DNA of 64,000 nucleotides from an uncultured Gammaproteobacteria bacterium (GCA_964527425.1 CAZGOA010000003.1:29941-93940), one strand, 5' to 3'. Numbered from the stretch's first letter, positions 29,194-39,232 are shown. Notes: a model not told the origin generated them from the letters alone. Program-made: numbers and translations.

Positions 29194-30153
29194 CTATTTC
29201 GCAAATAACTGATTATAGTCAGTTGATGTTTTAAATTCTTCAAACCATGCACTGTCTCCGAGTGATCTGAGGATATCAAGTGATTCTTCAGTTAATGGAA
29301 GCGTAATATCTTCTAAAACTTGCCTAATGTGTTCGTGTTGTTGAGGTGTTGGATAAACCATATATGCTGCCCGTACTGAATAAAAATTTCCGGTATACCA
29401 CTCAACTGGATTCTTACCAGAAGATCGGATTTTTTCCTGTAAGGTAAATGCGATTATTTCGCTCATGCCTCGATAGAAGGCAATTTTTAAATATTCTTCA
29501 TGGTATTCTTCTGGAAGATGATCAAGTATTATTTGCGTCATTTCTCGTTTTCTTTCTACTGCAAGATTATATGCTGATTTGGGATCTTTAAACCTTGGCG
29601 AACTAAACAATTTATCATGCATTATACTCATTACTTTTTCCCGATCAGAGCTGGTATTAATCGAATCTTGAGCACTATAAATTAGGCTGTTATGTGCTTC
29701 AATGTTAAGATTCCATACTGTTTGTAGTGTTAATCCATGCGTTGCTTCATGAACAGAATTTGCAAGTAGTATTTTTAAATAATCAGGCATTTCTTGTTTT
29801 GTACTTTTTATGTCTTCTGCAATATCTGAAAAACCTACCACCCATTCACTTCTATCATCTTTTGTTACTACCATTTCAGGCTCTTGGTCTGCCTTTCTTG
29901 AATTATTATTTACTCGCACGCGAAGTATTATGCTTCTTGTAGAATGATCGAATGCTCCACCTTCCTGTGTAGAAGGATCGTTTAAGATATGTTCATTACT
30001 GTCAAGTTGAATGATAGTTAGTCTTTCAAAAGACTGTGGTACCAATTGCAGTGTTGACTGGAATAAAAATTCTTCCAGTCGAGATAGAATTGGCTCTTTT
30101 GGAGGCTTTATAGGTTCTGCAGAAACACCTACTTCGTAATTTTTATTGCCCAT
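29194..30153 (-). CDS. hypothetical protein with HExxH motif (possible metallopeptidase-like)
   Basis: SVHEATHGL is an HExxH match. Nothing else recognised. Confidence 0.35.
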   Translation of the reverse strand: MGNKNYEVGVSAEPIKPPKEPILSRLEEFLFQSTLQLVPQSFERLTIIQLDSNEHILNDPSTQEGGAFDHSTRSIILRVRVNNNSRKADQEPEMVVTKDDRSEWVVGFSDIAEDIKSTKQEMPDYLKILLANSVHEATHGLTLQTVWNLNIEAHNSLIYSAQDSINTSSDREKVMSIMHDKLFSSPRFKDPKSAYNLAVERKREMTQIILDHLPEEYHEEYLKIAFYRGMSEIIAFTLQEKIRSSGKNPVEWYTGNFYSVRAAYMVYPTPQQHEHIRQVLEDITLPLTEESLDILRSLGDSAWFEEFKTSTDYNQLFAK

Positions 30154-30214
30154 TCCCGGATTGTATCATATTATAGGTTATATCACATACTAGTAAGCTT
30201 GTTATAATGAGGAT

Positions 30215-30502
30215 ATGTCAACATACCCAACCAAAGAAATGAACGAGTTATTTGAAGCGATCGTAAGCATTTCAGACAAAAAAGAAGCAGCTAATTTTTT
30301 CAGAGACTTACTGACTCTTCCTGAAATAGAAGAATTTGCTAATCGATGGCAGATTGTAAAGCTGCTTGTGCAAAAAAAATCATATTTAGAGATTGCCAAT
30401 ACCTTGAATGTTTCTACAACGACAGTTACACGTGTTGCTCAATGGCTAAACAATGGAATGGGTGGATACAAAAAGATAGCTGAACGAATGTTTAAGAAGT
30501 GA
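30215..30502 (+). CDS. TrpR-like protein, YerC/YecD family
   Basis: 95 aa with FFRDLLTLPEIEEFANRWQIVKLL...NVSTTTVTRV; the length and motif match this family. Confidence 0.7.
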   Translation: MSTYPTKEMNELFEAIVSISDKKEAANFFRDLLTLPEIEEFANRWQIVKLLVQKKSYLEIANTLNVSTTTVTRVAQWLNNGMGGYKKIAERMFKK

Positions 30503-30775
30503 TTATTTATATGCTCCTTGGTGATGTAGAAAGTGTTTGAACCTGTTGGTGCAGTATAGTTATTCAAGTTTGTTAATTAACTCAGGATCACAACAGTAAA
30601 TACTACAAATTATTACCATTTATCAACACTAATCTTGACTCATGCATATCACTATGTTAACATACTAACACATGAACTTAACACGAATTCTTTATAGAGA
30701 GCATCATTACTCCCCTTCTTTGAAGAAGAGGGAGCTTCTTCAGAGCTAGTTATTAACTCACTTAATATAAAGTTT

Positions 30776-30799
30776 GCTCCCGTAAGGGAGTTTTTTTTT
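30776..30799 (+). terminator. rho-independent terminator-like hairpin (CTCCC-GTAA-GGGAG) followed by T9
   Basis: A perfect 5 bp GC-rich stem, a GNRA-like loop and a 9-T tract, 12 nt upstream of the 30812 ATG. Confidence 0.45.
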
Positions 30800-30811
30800 G
30801 CTAATTACACT

Positions 30812-31693
30812 ATGACAAAAGAAATTTATTTATCATATACATCTCTAAAAAAAATAGCTTCAAACAGATTCGCATTTGAGAGTGTGCTGCAAGCATCTCC
30901 TCACAGACGATTCTATTTTGTGAATAATCAGTGGAGCGTCAATACTCCAGAAAAACGTCCAGAAAAAACACGTATCGAAATGAATCTGGAACAATTTCGT
31001 AAGGCTCGTTCTGCATATACCATGTGGTGCAAACTGCAACCGTCGTTCACCTTTAACCCAGTATTTCCAGAGACAGTCATTGAACGATTCATGACAAACG
31101 AACTACTTACAATTTTTATCCCTTGGGGGGTAAGTGATAAAGATTATATTGCTGAACGTGAAACTCAGGCGCTCAATATAATTCAACAGGTCAATACTTA
31201 TTTCAACGAGAATGGTATAGGTACAAGAGTTTTGCTCATGCCTGCAGATATCTATGCGTTGGAAATTAATAATAAAGTACCGCCCACTATTGTGAATAAT
31301 TATTTTAATCTATTGACTTTAGAAGCGGAAAAACGCGATTTGCTTGTAAGACCATGGTCAACAATTAGAAAGAATAATCAAAGCAGGTACATTCATCTGG
31401 CAAACGAATTTTCCAATTTACGAATAGACGAAGTTATTTCTCAACCTGTGCGCAATAAAGCAGAACTCGCGGCATCTAAAAACAGTGGATTTACCAATCC
31501 TGAAGAGATACGACAAAGCGCATATAATTATCTGCGGGAGCGCATTTGTGAGGCAATAATCATTGAAGAAACACTTAAACCCATTAAAATTTCACTGGCA
31601 CCGAAACATAAGGATAATGATGTTGATATGAATTTACCGCGATTGTACATCTTTCCTGAACATCTCATACTGCCATGGAAAGGAAAGGTATGA
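30812..31693 (+). CDS. hypothetical protein
   Basis: 293 aa ORF with no recognised domain. Its 3' end overlaps the next gene by 19 nt. Confidence 0.45.
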   Translation: MTKEIYLSYTSLKKIASNRFAFESVLQASPHRRFYFVNNQWSVNTPEKRPEKTRIEMNLEQFRKARSAYTMWCKLQPSFTFNPVFPETVIERFMTNELLTIFIPWGVSDKDYIAERETQALNIIQQVNTYFNENGIGTRVLLMPADIYALEINNKVPPTIVNNYFNLLTLEAEKRDLLVRPWSTIRKNNQSRYIHLANEFSNLRIDEVISQPVRNKAELAASKNSGFTNPEEIRQSAYNYLRERICEAIIIEETLKPIKISLAPKHKDNDVDMNLPRLYIFPEHLILPWKGKV

Positions 31694-32574
31694 ATCGATT
31701 ACGAAACCTGATAACTCAAGCAATTGATTTACATGTACACGTGGGTCCTGAAATAATTCCCAGAAAATTTTTGACTCAAACACTTATTCTCAGTGAAAAA
31801 AATACATTAAAAGGAATGGCGCTGAAAAATCACTTTTTTTCTACAGTCCCTTTTATTGCTGAGCAAACTGAACCTGATCTAAGACTTATTGGATCAATAG
31901 TATTAAATCATTTTGTGGGTGGATTAAATCCAGATGCAATTTATGCTGCCAGTACTATTGCTTCAGATAAGTTTATTGTCTGGTTTCCAACTATTCATGC
32001 CTCTCAGTTTTTGAACAATAGTATTTGGGAAATTGCTCCGGAATGGGTAGGTAAGCGAAAAATATCTGTAAGATCAGCTCGTGATATAGCGGGTATTTCG
32101 ATCTGTACGGAACAGTTGGTACTTAACCCACAAGCAGTCAATGTGTTACACGCTATTAAATCTGCTCATGCTATTTTAGCCACAGGACATATTTCCTGGA
32201 ATGAAAGTCTTTTACTTATAAAAAAAGCATATGAGATAGGAATTACACAGAGTATTGTTACTCATCCACAATACCAAAAAATTATGATGCCTTTAGAAAC
32301 GCAAGAAACATTAATACAGTATGGTGCAATAATTGAACATTGTTATTCAATGTACAGCATTGATTCCATTCCTATTAAAAACATTGCCAATCAAATAAAA
32401 CACGTTGAGGCAAAACATTGTATTCTTTCCTCTGATGTAGGACAAACGTTCAGTCTGTCTCCGTCAGATGCCTTGTATGAATTTGCACGATTGCTGTTGA
32501 AACATGGCATTACCTACGAGGAGTTAGAACTTATGCTGGTTGTAAATCCCTTGAATATTGTTGATCAGACATAG
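31675..32574 (+). CDS. putative metal-dependent hydrolase (amidohydrolase/PHP-like TIM barrel)
   Basis: N-terminal IDLHVHVGPE (HxH metal-binding motif) with later His residues. Confidence 0.4.
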   Translation: MERKGMNRLRNLITQAIDLHVHVGPEIIPRKFLTQTLILSEKNTLKGMALKNHFFSTVPFIAEQTEPDLRLIGSIVLNHFVGGLNPDAIYAASTIASDKFIVWFPTIHASQFLNNSIWEIAPEWVGKRKISVRSARDIAGISICTEQLVLNPQAVNVLHAIKSAHAILATGHISWNESLLLIKKAYEIGITQSIVTHPQYQKIMMPLETQETLIQYGAIIEHCYSMYSIDSIPIKNIANQIKHVEAKHCILSSDVGQTFSLSPSDALYEFARLLLKHGITYEELELMLVVNPLNIVDQT

Positions 32575-32667
32575 GTTTATTACGTACTATTTATTGTACA
32601 GTTAAGTTAGGATTGATAGTATTATGTTGATAGAAGAACGACTTGAAATAGTGCGTTTTTAACAGCT

Positions 32668-33210
32668 ATGAACCAAACGATTACGAGTAAAAGTGGAAAA
32701 ACAATTACCTTACGCTTCCCTACTTTAGAGGATGTACAGGCTCTGTGGGAATACATCAATATGCTTTCTGAAGAACGCACATATATTAGCTATCAAGGCG
32801 AAGAAATTTCAATTGCTGAAGAAGAAACGTTTCTCAAAGACGTTATCGAGAAGATTGAAAAACATAAAAATGTAACACTGCTTGCGTTTGATGGGAACAA
32901 ACTGATAGGTATGGTTGATATCACTATGCAGTCTCGCATTGATAGACATATTGGGGTGTTTGGTATTACACTCCATCGTGATTATCGCAGTGATGGCCTT
33001 GGGAAACAAATGATGGATATAGTTATAACTATTGCAAAAGACCGTATTGAAGAACTTGAAATTATTACGTTAGGCATATTTGGAACCAATGGAAAAGCAT
33101 GCCAGCTATATGAAAAAATGGGATTTGAGACATATGGAGTTTTACCACAAGGTGTTAAATTAGAGAATGGGTATGTAGATCACATATACATGTATAAGAG
33201 AGTAAGATAA
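32668..33210 (+). CDS. GNAT family N-acetyltransferase
   Basis: ITLHRDYRSDGLGKQMM (motif A, Q/RxxGxG/A) with overall GNAT length. Confidence 0.7.
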   Translation: MNQTITSKSGKTITLRFPTLEDVQALWEYINMLSEERTYISYQGEEISIAEEETFLKDVIEKIEKHKNVTLLAFDGNKLIGMVDITMQSRIDRHIGVFGITLHRDYRSDGLGKQMMDIVITIAKDRIEELEIITLGIFGTNGKACQLYEKMGFETYGVLPQGVKLENGYVDHIYMYKRVR

Positions 33211-33241
33211 AATCTAAAAGAAATTTACTCTAGTATTATCT

Positions 33242-34450
33242 ATGATTCAAATACAGACACTAAAAGGATTTAGAGATTTTTTGCCGAAAGAGGCATTAAC
33301 TCGTCAAACCGTGATAGCAAAAATAAAAACTGTTTTTGAGCAGTACGGATTTGATCCTCTGGAAACTCCTGCATTGGAATATGCTGAAACGTTGATGGGT
33401 AAATATGGTGATGAAGGAGATAAACTTTTATATGTATTTAGGGATAATGGTGATAGGCATGTGGGTTTAAGATATGATCAGACTGTTCCCCTTTCTCGTG
33501 TGATAGCGCAATATCCTGACTTGCCACTTCCATTTAAGCGATATCAAATTCAACCTGTCTGGCGAGCTGAAAACACACAAAAAGGAAGATATCGTGAATT
33601 TCTCCAATGTGATATTGATACTGTTGGATCCTCTTCTCCGATTGCTGATGCTGAAATTATTGCCTGTGTGTTAACTATTGCCAAAGCATTAGGTCTTCCC
33701 TCTCCGGTAATCTCTGTCAATGATAGAACACTTTTTGATGCCATAGGTCTTTCTAAAAAAGAAATTATTATTATTGATAAATTGGATAAAATTGGAAAAG
33801 AGGCTGTCATAGAAGAATTGTCTAAATTGGATGCAACTCAACGATTTGAACAGTTAGAAGTAAGTCAAAAAACAGAGCGAATTAATCAAATATTCACCTA
33901 TTTAGCTGATGCAGGATTTGAGGAACATACAGATTTCAAATTTGATCCATTTTTAGCTCGTGGTCTTGATTATTACACTAGTACGATTTTTGAACTAAAA
34001 GATACCGCCTACCCTGCTGGTTCTCTTGCTGGCGGTGGAAGATATGACAAACTGATTGGGATGTTTTCGGGAAGAGAATTACCTGCAGTCGGAGTAGCAT
34101 TTGGGTTTGACCGATTAGTTGATGCCTTAACTGAACTTAAATTATTAGAGACAAAACAAACGGTAAGCAGAGTGCTAGTCACTGTTTTTTCTCCTGATTT
34201 ATTAGAACAGAGTGTTAATATTGTTAATGAATTGCGAAATAATGGCATTTCTACCGAATTGTATCTAGATCCTGAATCAAAACTCGAAAAACAAATAAAA
34301 TATGCTGATAAAAAAGGGATACCGTTTGTGGTAATTATTGGACCAGAGGAAGCTCAAAAGAGTGTGATAAATGTAAAACATATGCAGACACGAGAAGAAC
34401 AAAAAGGAATTACTGTTGAGCAGTTGATGTTACTACTTCGAGGCAGTTAA
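33242..34450 (+). CDS. hisS: histidyl-tRNA synthetase (class II)
   Basis: Motif 1/2 regions, LAGGGRYDKL (motif 3-like GGRYD) and a C-terminal anticodon-binding domain. Confidence 0.8.
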   Translation: MIQIQTLKGFRDFLPKEALTRQTVIAKIKTVFEQYGFDPLETPALEYAETLMGKYGDEGDKLLYVFRDNGDRHVGLRYDQTVPLSRVIAQYPDLPLPFKRYQIQPVWRAENTQKGRYREFLQCDIDTVGSSSPIADAEIIACVLTIAKALGLPSPVISVNDRTLFDAIGLSKKEIIIIDKLDKIGKEAVIEELSKLDATQRFEQLEVSQKTERINQIFTYLADAGFEEHTDFKFDPFLARGLDYYTSTIFELKDTAYPAGSLAGGGRYDKLIGMFSGRELPAVGVAFGFDRLVDALTELKLLETKQTVSRVLVTVFSPDLLEQSVNIVNELRNNGISTELYLDPESKLEKQIKYADKKGIPFVVIIGPEEAQKSVINVKHMQTREEQKGITVEQLMLLLRGS

Positions 34451-34527
34451 GTGTTTTTAAAACAACTTTTGTATTCTTATTAAACAGTGGGATTGATTGA
34501 ATTTATTGTCTCTCTGTTAGTGGTATA

Positions 34528-34974
34528 GTGGAGTTACATTTCATGGGAACCTATCTTTTCCCTTCATCAAACATGTATATCGCCAATTCTTTAATAAAGG
34601 GTGCAGGAAGAGGTGTGTTTGCCTCAAGACATATTGAAAAAGATGAAATGATTGAACGATGTCCAGTCATTATCCTGCAACAGCATGATATTCAGGTAAT
34701 AGAAAAGACAGAACTTATTAATTATTACTTTCAATGGGAGTCGAAAGCAAACTATTCTAAGGGTGCCATCTGTTTGGGTTTTGGATCAATCTATAATCAC
34801 TCATATGCTCCCAATGCGACATATAAAAAAATACTAAAAGAACGCTGTATTGAGTTTGTGGCCATATCACATATTCGAAAAGATGAAGAGATAACGGTGA
34901 ATTATAATAACGGAAATCCGGACGATAAGCGTGTTTTATGGATTAAATCTATCCCTCCACCTGCAGGATACTGA
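34528..34974 (+). CDS. SET-domain protein (second copy)
   Basis: GAGRGVFASRHIEKDEMI...NHSYAPNATY are SET signature blocks. The true start may be an internal ATG. Confidence 0.55.
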   Translation: MELHFMGTYLFPSSNMYIANSLIKGAGRGVFASRHIEKDEMIERCPVIILQQHDIQVIEKTELINYYFQWESKANYSKGAICLGFGSIYNHSYAPNATYKKILKERCIEFVAISHIRKDEEITVNYNNGNPDDKRVLWIKSIPPPAGY

Positions 34975-35029
34975 AAAAAAGAATCTGGACTAAACATATT
35001 TCGATCTTGTTTTCAGATTATTGTTTAAC

Positions 35030-35590
35030 TTAAGCATGAGAGCTATTATTGCCATTTCGAACTAATTTTCTTAGCAATTCCAAACGAGCACCTATATAAT
35101 ATAAATTACGAAGTTCATCGTATACTGTTTCGTTGTCAATTAATGTTTCTACTACGGTATTCACTTCAAAATCAAACTCATCAGAGTATCTTCCAGTCAA
35201 GATAAAGAATAATTTTTCAGATCCTAGTTGATCAAAACCTTTTAGAAATTGAGGATTTTCCCCAAGATAACTTAATTCAAATTCTCGTATACAAGATTGA
35301 ATTTTTTGTCCATCTGTTCCTGTACGATAATGATATTCTAAATCAGCGCTTCTGACTCCTAACCCAAACGCACGTTCATGGCTCATATCGAATTCGCTCT
35401 GACCAAATTGTTGCATAAGTAATGGTGAGTTGTTGATGACTTCGATAGATGGAAAATTCCGATCAGAAACCATAGGTATGATAGCTGGATCTTCTAAATA
35501 AGCACGATAGACTTCTAGGATATGTTGACGTATAGGGAAAGTGGGGATTTCTGCAGTCTGCGTAATAGCTTCTAATGATATATTTGCCAT
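35030..35590 (-). CDS. hypothetical protein
   Basis: 186 aa ORF with no family recognised. Confidence 0.4.
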   Translation of the reverse strand: MANISLEAITQTAEIPTFPIRQHILEVYRAYLEDPAIIPMVSDRNFPSIEVINNSPLLMQQFGQSEFDMSHERAFGLGVRSADLEYHYRTGTDGQKIQSCIREFELSYLGENPQFLKGFDQLGSEKLFFILTGRYSDEFDFEVNTVVETLIDNETVYDELRNLYYIGARLELLRKLVRNGNNSSHA

Positions 35591-35718
35591 GGCAACTATT
35601 TTACTCTTTTTTGAGGGTAAATACTAATTGTTTTTTCAATTTACACATACATTCTGAATTTTTTTTAGGGTTGATGCAATATAACTAAACCACGTACACT
35701 AGAACTATTCATCTGCCT

Positions 35719-36666
35719 ATGAAGAAACGGTCTCATGCTTTTGTATTACTGCTTATTACATCGATAATCTGGGGTGTTGCAGTCCCAGTTATTAAAGCAA
35801 CCGGAGTATCTTTTCCTCCTGCATTATTTCTAACGTACAGATTTTTGATTAGTACGATTGTGGGGGCTGTCTACTTTTATTTCAATCCATTGCAGATTTC
35901 GATGATTCGTAAAAAATGGCCGGAGGTACTCAAACATTCGTTGTTTACTGTTGGCCTTGGGTTAGGGTTTTTATTTCTCGGCTTAAATTATACCGATAGT
36001 GTAACCGGTGCTATTTTGGCAGCTACAGGGCCCATGTTTGCTGTGGTAGCAGGAGCGTGGTTTTTGCGTGAGAAGATTACTCAAAATGAAATTGTTGGTA
36101 TTGGTATCGCGATATTCGGATCAGGGATTATAACTGTGCCAACCGGACAATTATCGATTTCTTTAGAACTCTTGTCTCTCATGGGAGCTTTTTTTATTAT
36201 TGTATCTCGGTTTTTTGATGCTATTGGAGCAGTCTATGTAAAAAAATCATTAACAGCTGGCCTTCAGCCGGAAGCCATTGCCCATACCTCTTTTATCGTA
36301 GGATTTATTATCTTTTCACTGGTGAGTTTGTTTATTCTTCCGGTTGCATCAAGCGTAAATCAAATTGTTTCTGCCCCATTATCTGCACATTTAGGTGTGC
36401 TCTATATGGCGCTTATTTCTGGAACATTTGCCTATTCTTTACAGGCAAAAGCACTCTCTACGCTCCACATCGGTGAAGCAAGTATTTTTGCCTATATTAC
36501 TCCCCTTTGGGCAACGCCTGTTGCAGTAATCTGGTTAAAGGAAGGTATTTCGGTTAAATTTATTGTGGGTGCTACGATTATTGCTATTGGCGTTGCAATT
36601 GCCGAATATCATAAGAGAAAACGGAGAATACAACCGTCCGGCATAGTGAGAAAGCATAGAGTCTAG
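35719..36666 (+). CDS. EamA/DMT-family transporter
   Basis: 10 TM helices in two EamA-like halves. Confidence 0.7.
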   Translation: MKKRSHAFVLLLITSIIWGVAVPVIKATGVSFPPALFLTYRFLISTIVGAVYFYFNPLQISMIRKKWPEVLKHSLFTVGLGLGFLFLGLNYTDSVTGAILAATGPMFAVVAGAWFLREKITQNEIVGIGIAIFGSGIITVPTGQLSISLELLSLMGAFFIIVSRFFDAIGAVYVKKSLTAGLQPEAIAHTSFIVGFIIFSLVSLFILPVASSVNQIVSAPLSAHLGVLYMALISGTFAYSLQAKALSTLHIGEASIFAYITPLWATPVAVIWLKEGISVKFIVGATIIAIGVAIAEYHKRKRRIQPSGIVRKHRV

Positions 36667-36738
36667 TGTATTTATCTATCTTATTTACATAGACAAATGA
36701 ACAAATTTGTAAAATATATGTCAACAAACTACACTACC

Positions 36739-36747
36739 TGTTATAAT
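36739..36747 (+). promoter_or_regulatory. extended -10 TGTTATAAT, with a second TGGTATACT at ~36776-36784, upstream of rpmE
   Basis: Two TGnTATAnT elements. The second ends 8 nt before the ATG and there is no SD, which suggests a leaderless transcript. Confidence 0.3.
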
Positions 36748-36792
36748 CAAACTCTCGACTAATGCGAAACTATTTGGTATACTAACAATCTT

Positions 36793-37104
36793 ATGAAGCA
36801 AGGAATACACCCCCAATGGTATGATGAGGCAACGGTTTCGTGTGCTTGTGGCAACACGTTTACTGTTGGTGCTTCTAAACCTTCTATCAATATAGATATT
36901 TGTTCAAAATGTCATCCTTTCTTTACAGGGGAAATGAGATTTGTAGATACGATGGGTCGAGTTGAGAAATTCCAACAAAAACAACAATTTGCGAAGACTC
37001 AAAAACAAGTCCTGGATGACAAGAAAAAGAAGAAAGAAGAAAAAATACAAGCACAAAAGAATGCTCCAAAGTCTCTTCGTGAAATGTTAATGGGAATGAA
37101 GTAA
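36793..37104 (+). CDS. rpmE: 50S ribosomal protein L31 with Lys-rich C-terminal extension
   Basis: [23 protein letters not shown]...[10 protein letters not shown] is the L31 core; a KKKKKEEK-rich tail follows. Confidence 0.85.
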   Translation: MKQGIHPQWYDEATVSCACGNTFTVGASKPSINIDICSKCHPFFTGEMRFVDTMGRVEKFQQKQQFAKTQKQVLDDKKKKKEEKIQAQKNAPKSLREMLMGMK

Positions 37105-37155
37105 CAGAAATTTGTTGTACAACGTGTCAAACTACACTAACTAAACAAAATTCCT

Positions 37156-37848
37156 ATGAATACAAATGTTGCAATATTAGAGTTCCGAGCCGGCCCAGGT
37201 GGCGAGGAAGCAAAAATTTGGGCTAGTGATTTGCTTCGAATGTATACCCGATATGCCAATATCGTTGGCTGGAAAGTGAGTAGTGTGTCTGAAACTGCAA
37301 TTCGTATTAAGGGTGAAGATGTGTTTACAAAACTTCAATATGAAGCAGGTACACATAGAGTTCAACGCATTCCTACTACTGAACGACAGGGTCGTATTCA
37401 TACGTCTACTGCAACTGTTGCAGTACTCCCAGAAATATTGGAATCAGAAGTTGCTGTTCGAAATGAAGACCTTGAATGGGACTTTCATCGAGCGGGCGGC
37501 CACGGTGGACAAAATGTAAATAAGGTAAGCTCTGCTGTACGTTTAACGCATAAACCCAGTGGAATTGTTGTAACTTGTAGTAATGAGAGAGATCAATTTC
37601 AAAATAGACAAGTTGCCTTATCTATGCTTCGTGCCAAACTGTGGGAAGCTGAGGAAATCAAAAAAGCGGCAACGATGGCTGATGCCAGGTCTGTTATAGG
37701 TCGAGGTATGCGAGCTGAGAAAATACGTACCTATAACTACCCTCAAAACCGGGTAACTGATCACAGAATTAACAAATCATGGCATAATCTGGAAGATATT
37801 GTTGAAGGAAAGCTGCAAAAAGTCACTGAGGCTATGGTGGGTATCTGA
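37156..37848 (+). CDS. prfA: class-I peptide chain release factor, RF1-type, lacking N-terminal domain 1
   Basis: GGQ motif ([12 protein letters not shown]) and PxT-type codon-recognition motif ([14 protein letters not shown]). Only 230 aa, and it starts at the position equivalent to about residue 110 of RF1. Confidence 0.7.
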   Translation: MNTNVAILEFRAGPGGEEAKIWASDLLRMYTRYANIVGWKVSSVSETAIRIKGEDVFTKLQYEAGTHRVQRIPTTERQGRIHTSTATVAVLPEILESEVAVRNEDLEWDFHRAGGHGGQNVNKVSSAVRLTHKPSGIVVTCSNERDQFQNRQVALSMLRAKLWEAEEIKKAATMADARSVIGRGMRAEKIRTYNYPQNRVTDHRINKSWHNLEDIVEGKLQKVTEAMVGI

Positions 37849-37871
37849 AGCTGTAGTGTTTAAACTCATAG

Positions 37872-37891
37872 TTCGATCCCGGGATCGGAAG
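37872..37891. repeat. module-2 palindrome (TTCGATCCCGGGATCGGAAG)
   Basis: Perfect palindrome between the convergent prfA-like and htrA genes. Confidence 0.75.
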
Positions 37892-37904
37892 AAGAGTTTA
37901 TTGT

Positions 37905-39086
37905 TTATTCTCCCTGATTTCCTAAGGTTATTTGGATGTCTTGTTCACTGCCATCTCTCCAGATACGTACTGTCACTTGATCCCCTACTTTTTTCTTTCC
38001 TATTACTTGCGCAAGTTCGGCGTTTTCACCACTTAATCTGACTCCATCAATCGTCATAATGATATCGTCTTCCTTAAGTCCTGCCTGATCTGCAGGACCG
38101 TTTTCTACGATTTCTATGATATATGCGCCTTCTGGGACGTCATTTAATAAAGCAACATCTTTTGATACGGTTCTGTATCTGACTCCTAAATATGGTCTAT
38201 TAAATTGTCCTGTTTGATTAAAGTTATCAACTGCTTCTTTAACGACATTAATGGGTATAGCAAATCCGATATTTTGACCTTGCGATGAAACTGCCGTATT
38301 CACACCAACGACTTGTCCTGCAGAATTAAGGAGCGGCCCTCCAGAGTTACCCGGATTTATGGCGGCATCTGTTTGAATGACATTATCCAGTCGTTCTACT
38401 GATCCCTCAAAGGGACTTCCTGCTGTGATTCCCCTTCCGACCCCTGAGATAACACCTGTTGTAACGGTTTGTCTGAATTCTCCTAAAGCAGTTCCGATCG
38501 CAATAGCTAACTGCCCTACTTTAATGTTGTCTGAATCTCCTAATTCTATAGGAGTTAAGCCTGTAGCATCTATTTTAACGATCGCTAAATCATTCACTGT
38601 ATCGCGGTATACTCTCTGAACGTCATACGATTTATCATCTGAGGTAATAATGCGATACTTCGAATCGGGATCATCAACAACATGACGATTGGTAACGATT
38701 AGGCCATCTGAAGAAAGGATAAACCCACTACCAATATCTTGTTCTATCTCTCGACTCTCTCCAGGAATACGTCTAAACCCACCAAAAGGGTCAAATGGGT
38801 TAATTTCAAACAAATTGCGTTGTCTTTGAGTTCTCGTGATCCCCACTGTCACTACAGACGGCTTTACTTTTTCTACTGCATCAATAATGACTGATTCTTC
38901 ATTCATGACACGGGTGTTTCCATCAACTATTTGTAGAGGGGGTGTTAGTGAATTGGATAGTTTGGGCAACGATATATTTGGTAGTTTGAAGTCTGACCAG
39001 GATAAACCAAAGGCTCCTGAACTTATAACGCCTCCAACAATAAGGAAAAAAAGTAGTATGCCAAGTAGTGTTTTTTGTGACTTCAT
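37905..39086 (-). CDS. htrA: HtrA/DegP-family serine protease with PDZ domain
   Basis: Catalytic GNSGGPLLN, a trypsin-like His/Asp context and a C-terminal PDZ. Start set at MKSQKTLLG, which has a signal anchor and an AGGAGA SD. Confidence 0.8.
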   Translation of the reverse strand: MKSQKTLLGILLFFLIVGGVISSGAFGLSWSDFKLPNISLPKLSNSLTPPLQIVDGNTRVMNEESVIIDAVEKVKPSVVTVGITRTQRQRNLFEINPFDPFGGFRRIPGESREIEQDIGSGFILSSDGLIVTNRHVVDDPDSKYRIITSDDKSYDVQRVYRDTVNDLAIVKIDATGLTPIELGDSDNIKVGQLAIAIGTALGEFRQTVTTGVISGVGRGITAGSPFEGSVERLDNVIQTDAAINPGNSGGPLLNSAGQVVGVNTAVSSQGQNIGFAIPINVVKEAVDNFNQTGQFNRPYLGVRYRTVSKDVALLNDVPEGAYIIEIVENGPADQAGLKEDDIIMTIDGVRLSGENAELAQVIGKKKVGDQVTVRIWRDGSEQDIQITLGNQGE

Positions 39087-39232
39087 ATATCTCCTTTCGA
39101 CAGTTAGTCTTGAAGATTCTGTATCAGAATTATGTATCTCGTTTCTTATTTTTACAAGGGTTATCTGAAAATTTGCTGAAATGTATTGTATTGTAAGTTT
39201 ATTAAAGCACGGTGTGTAAATCAACCTGATCT

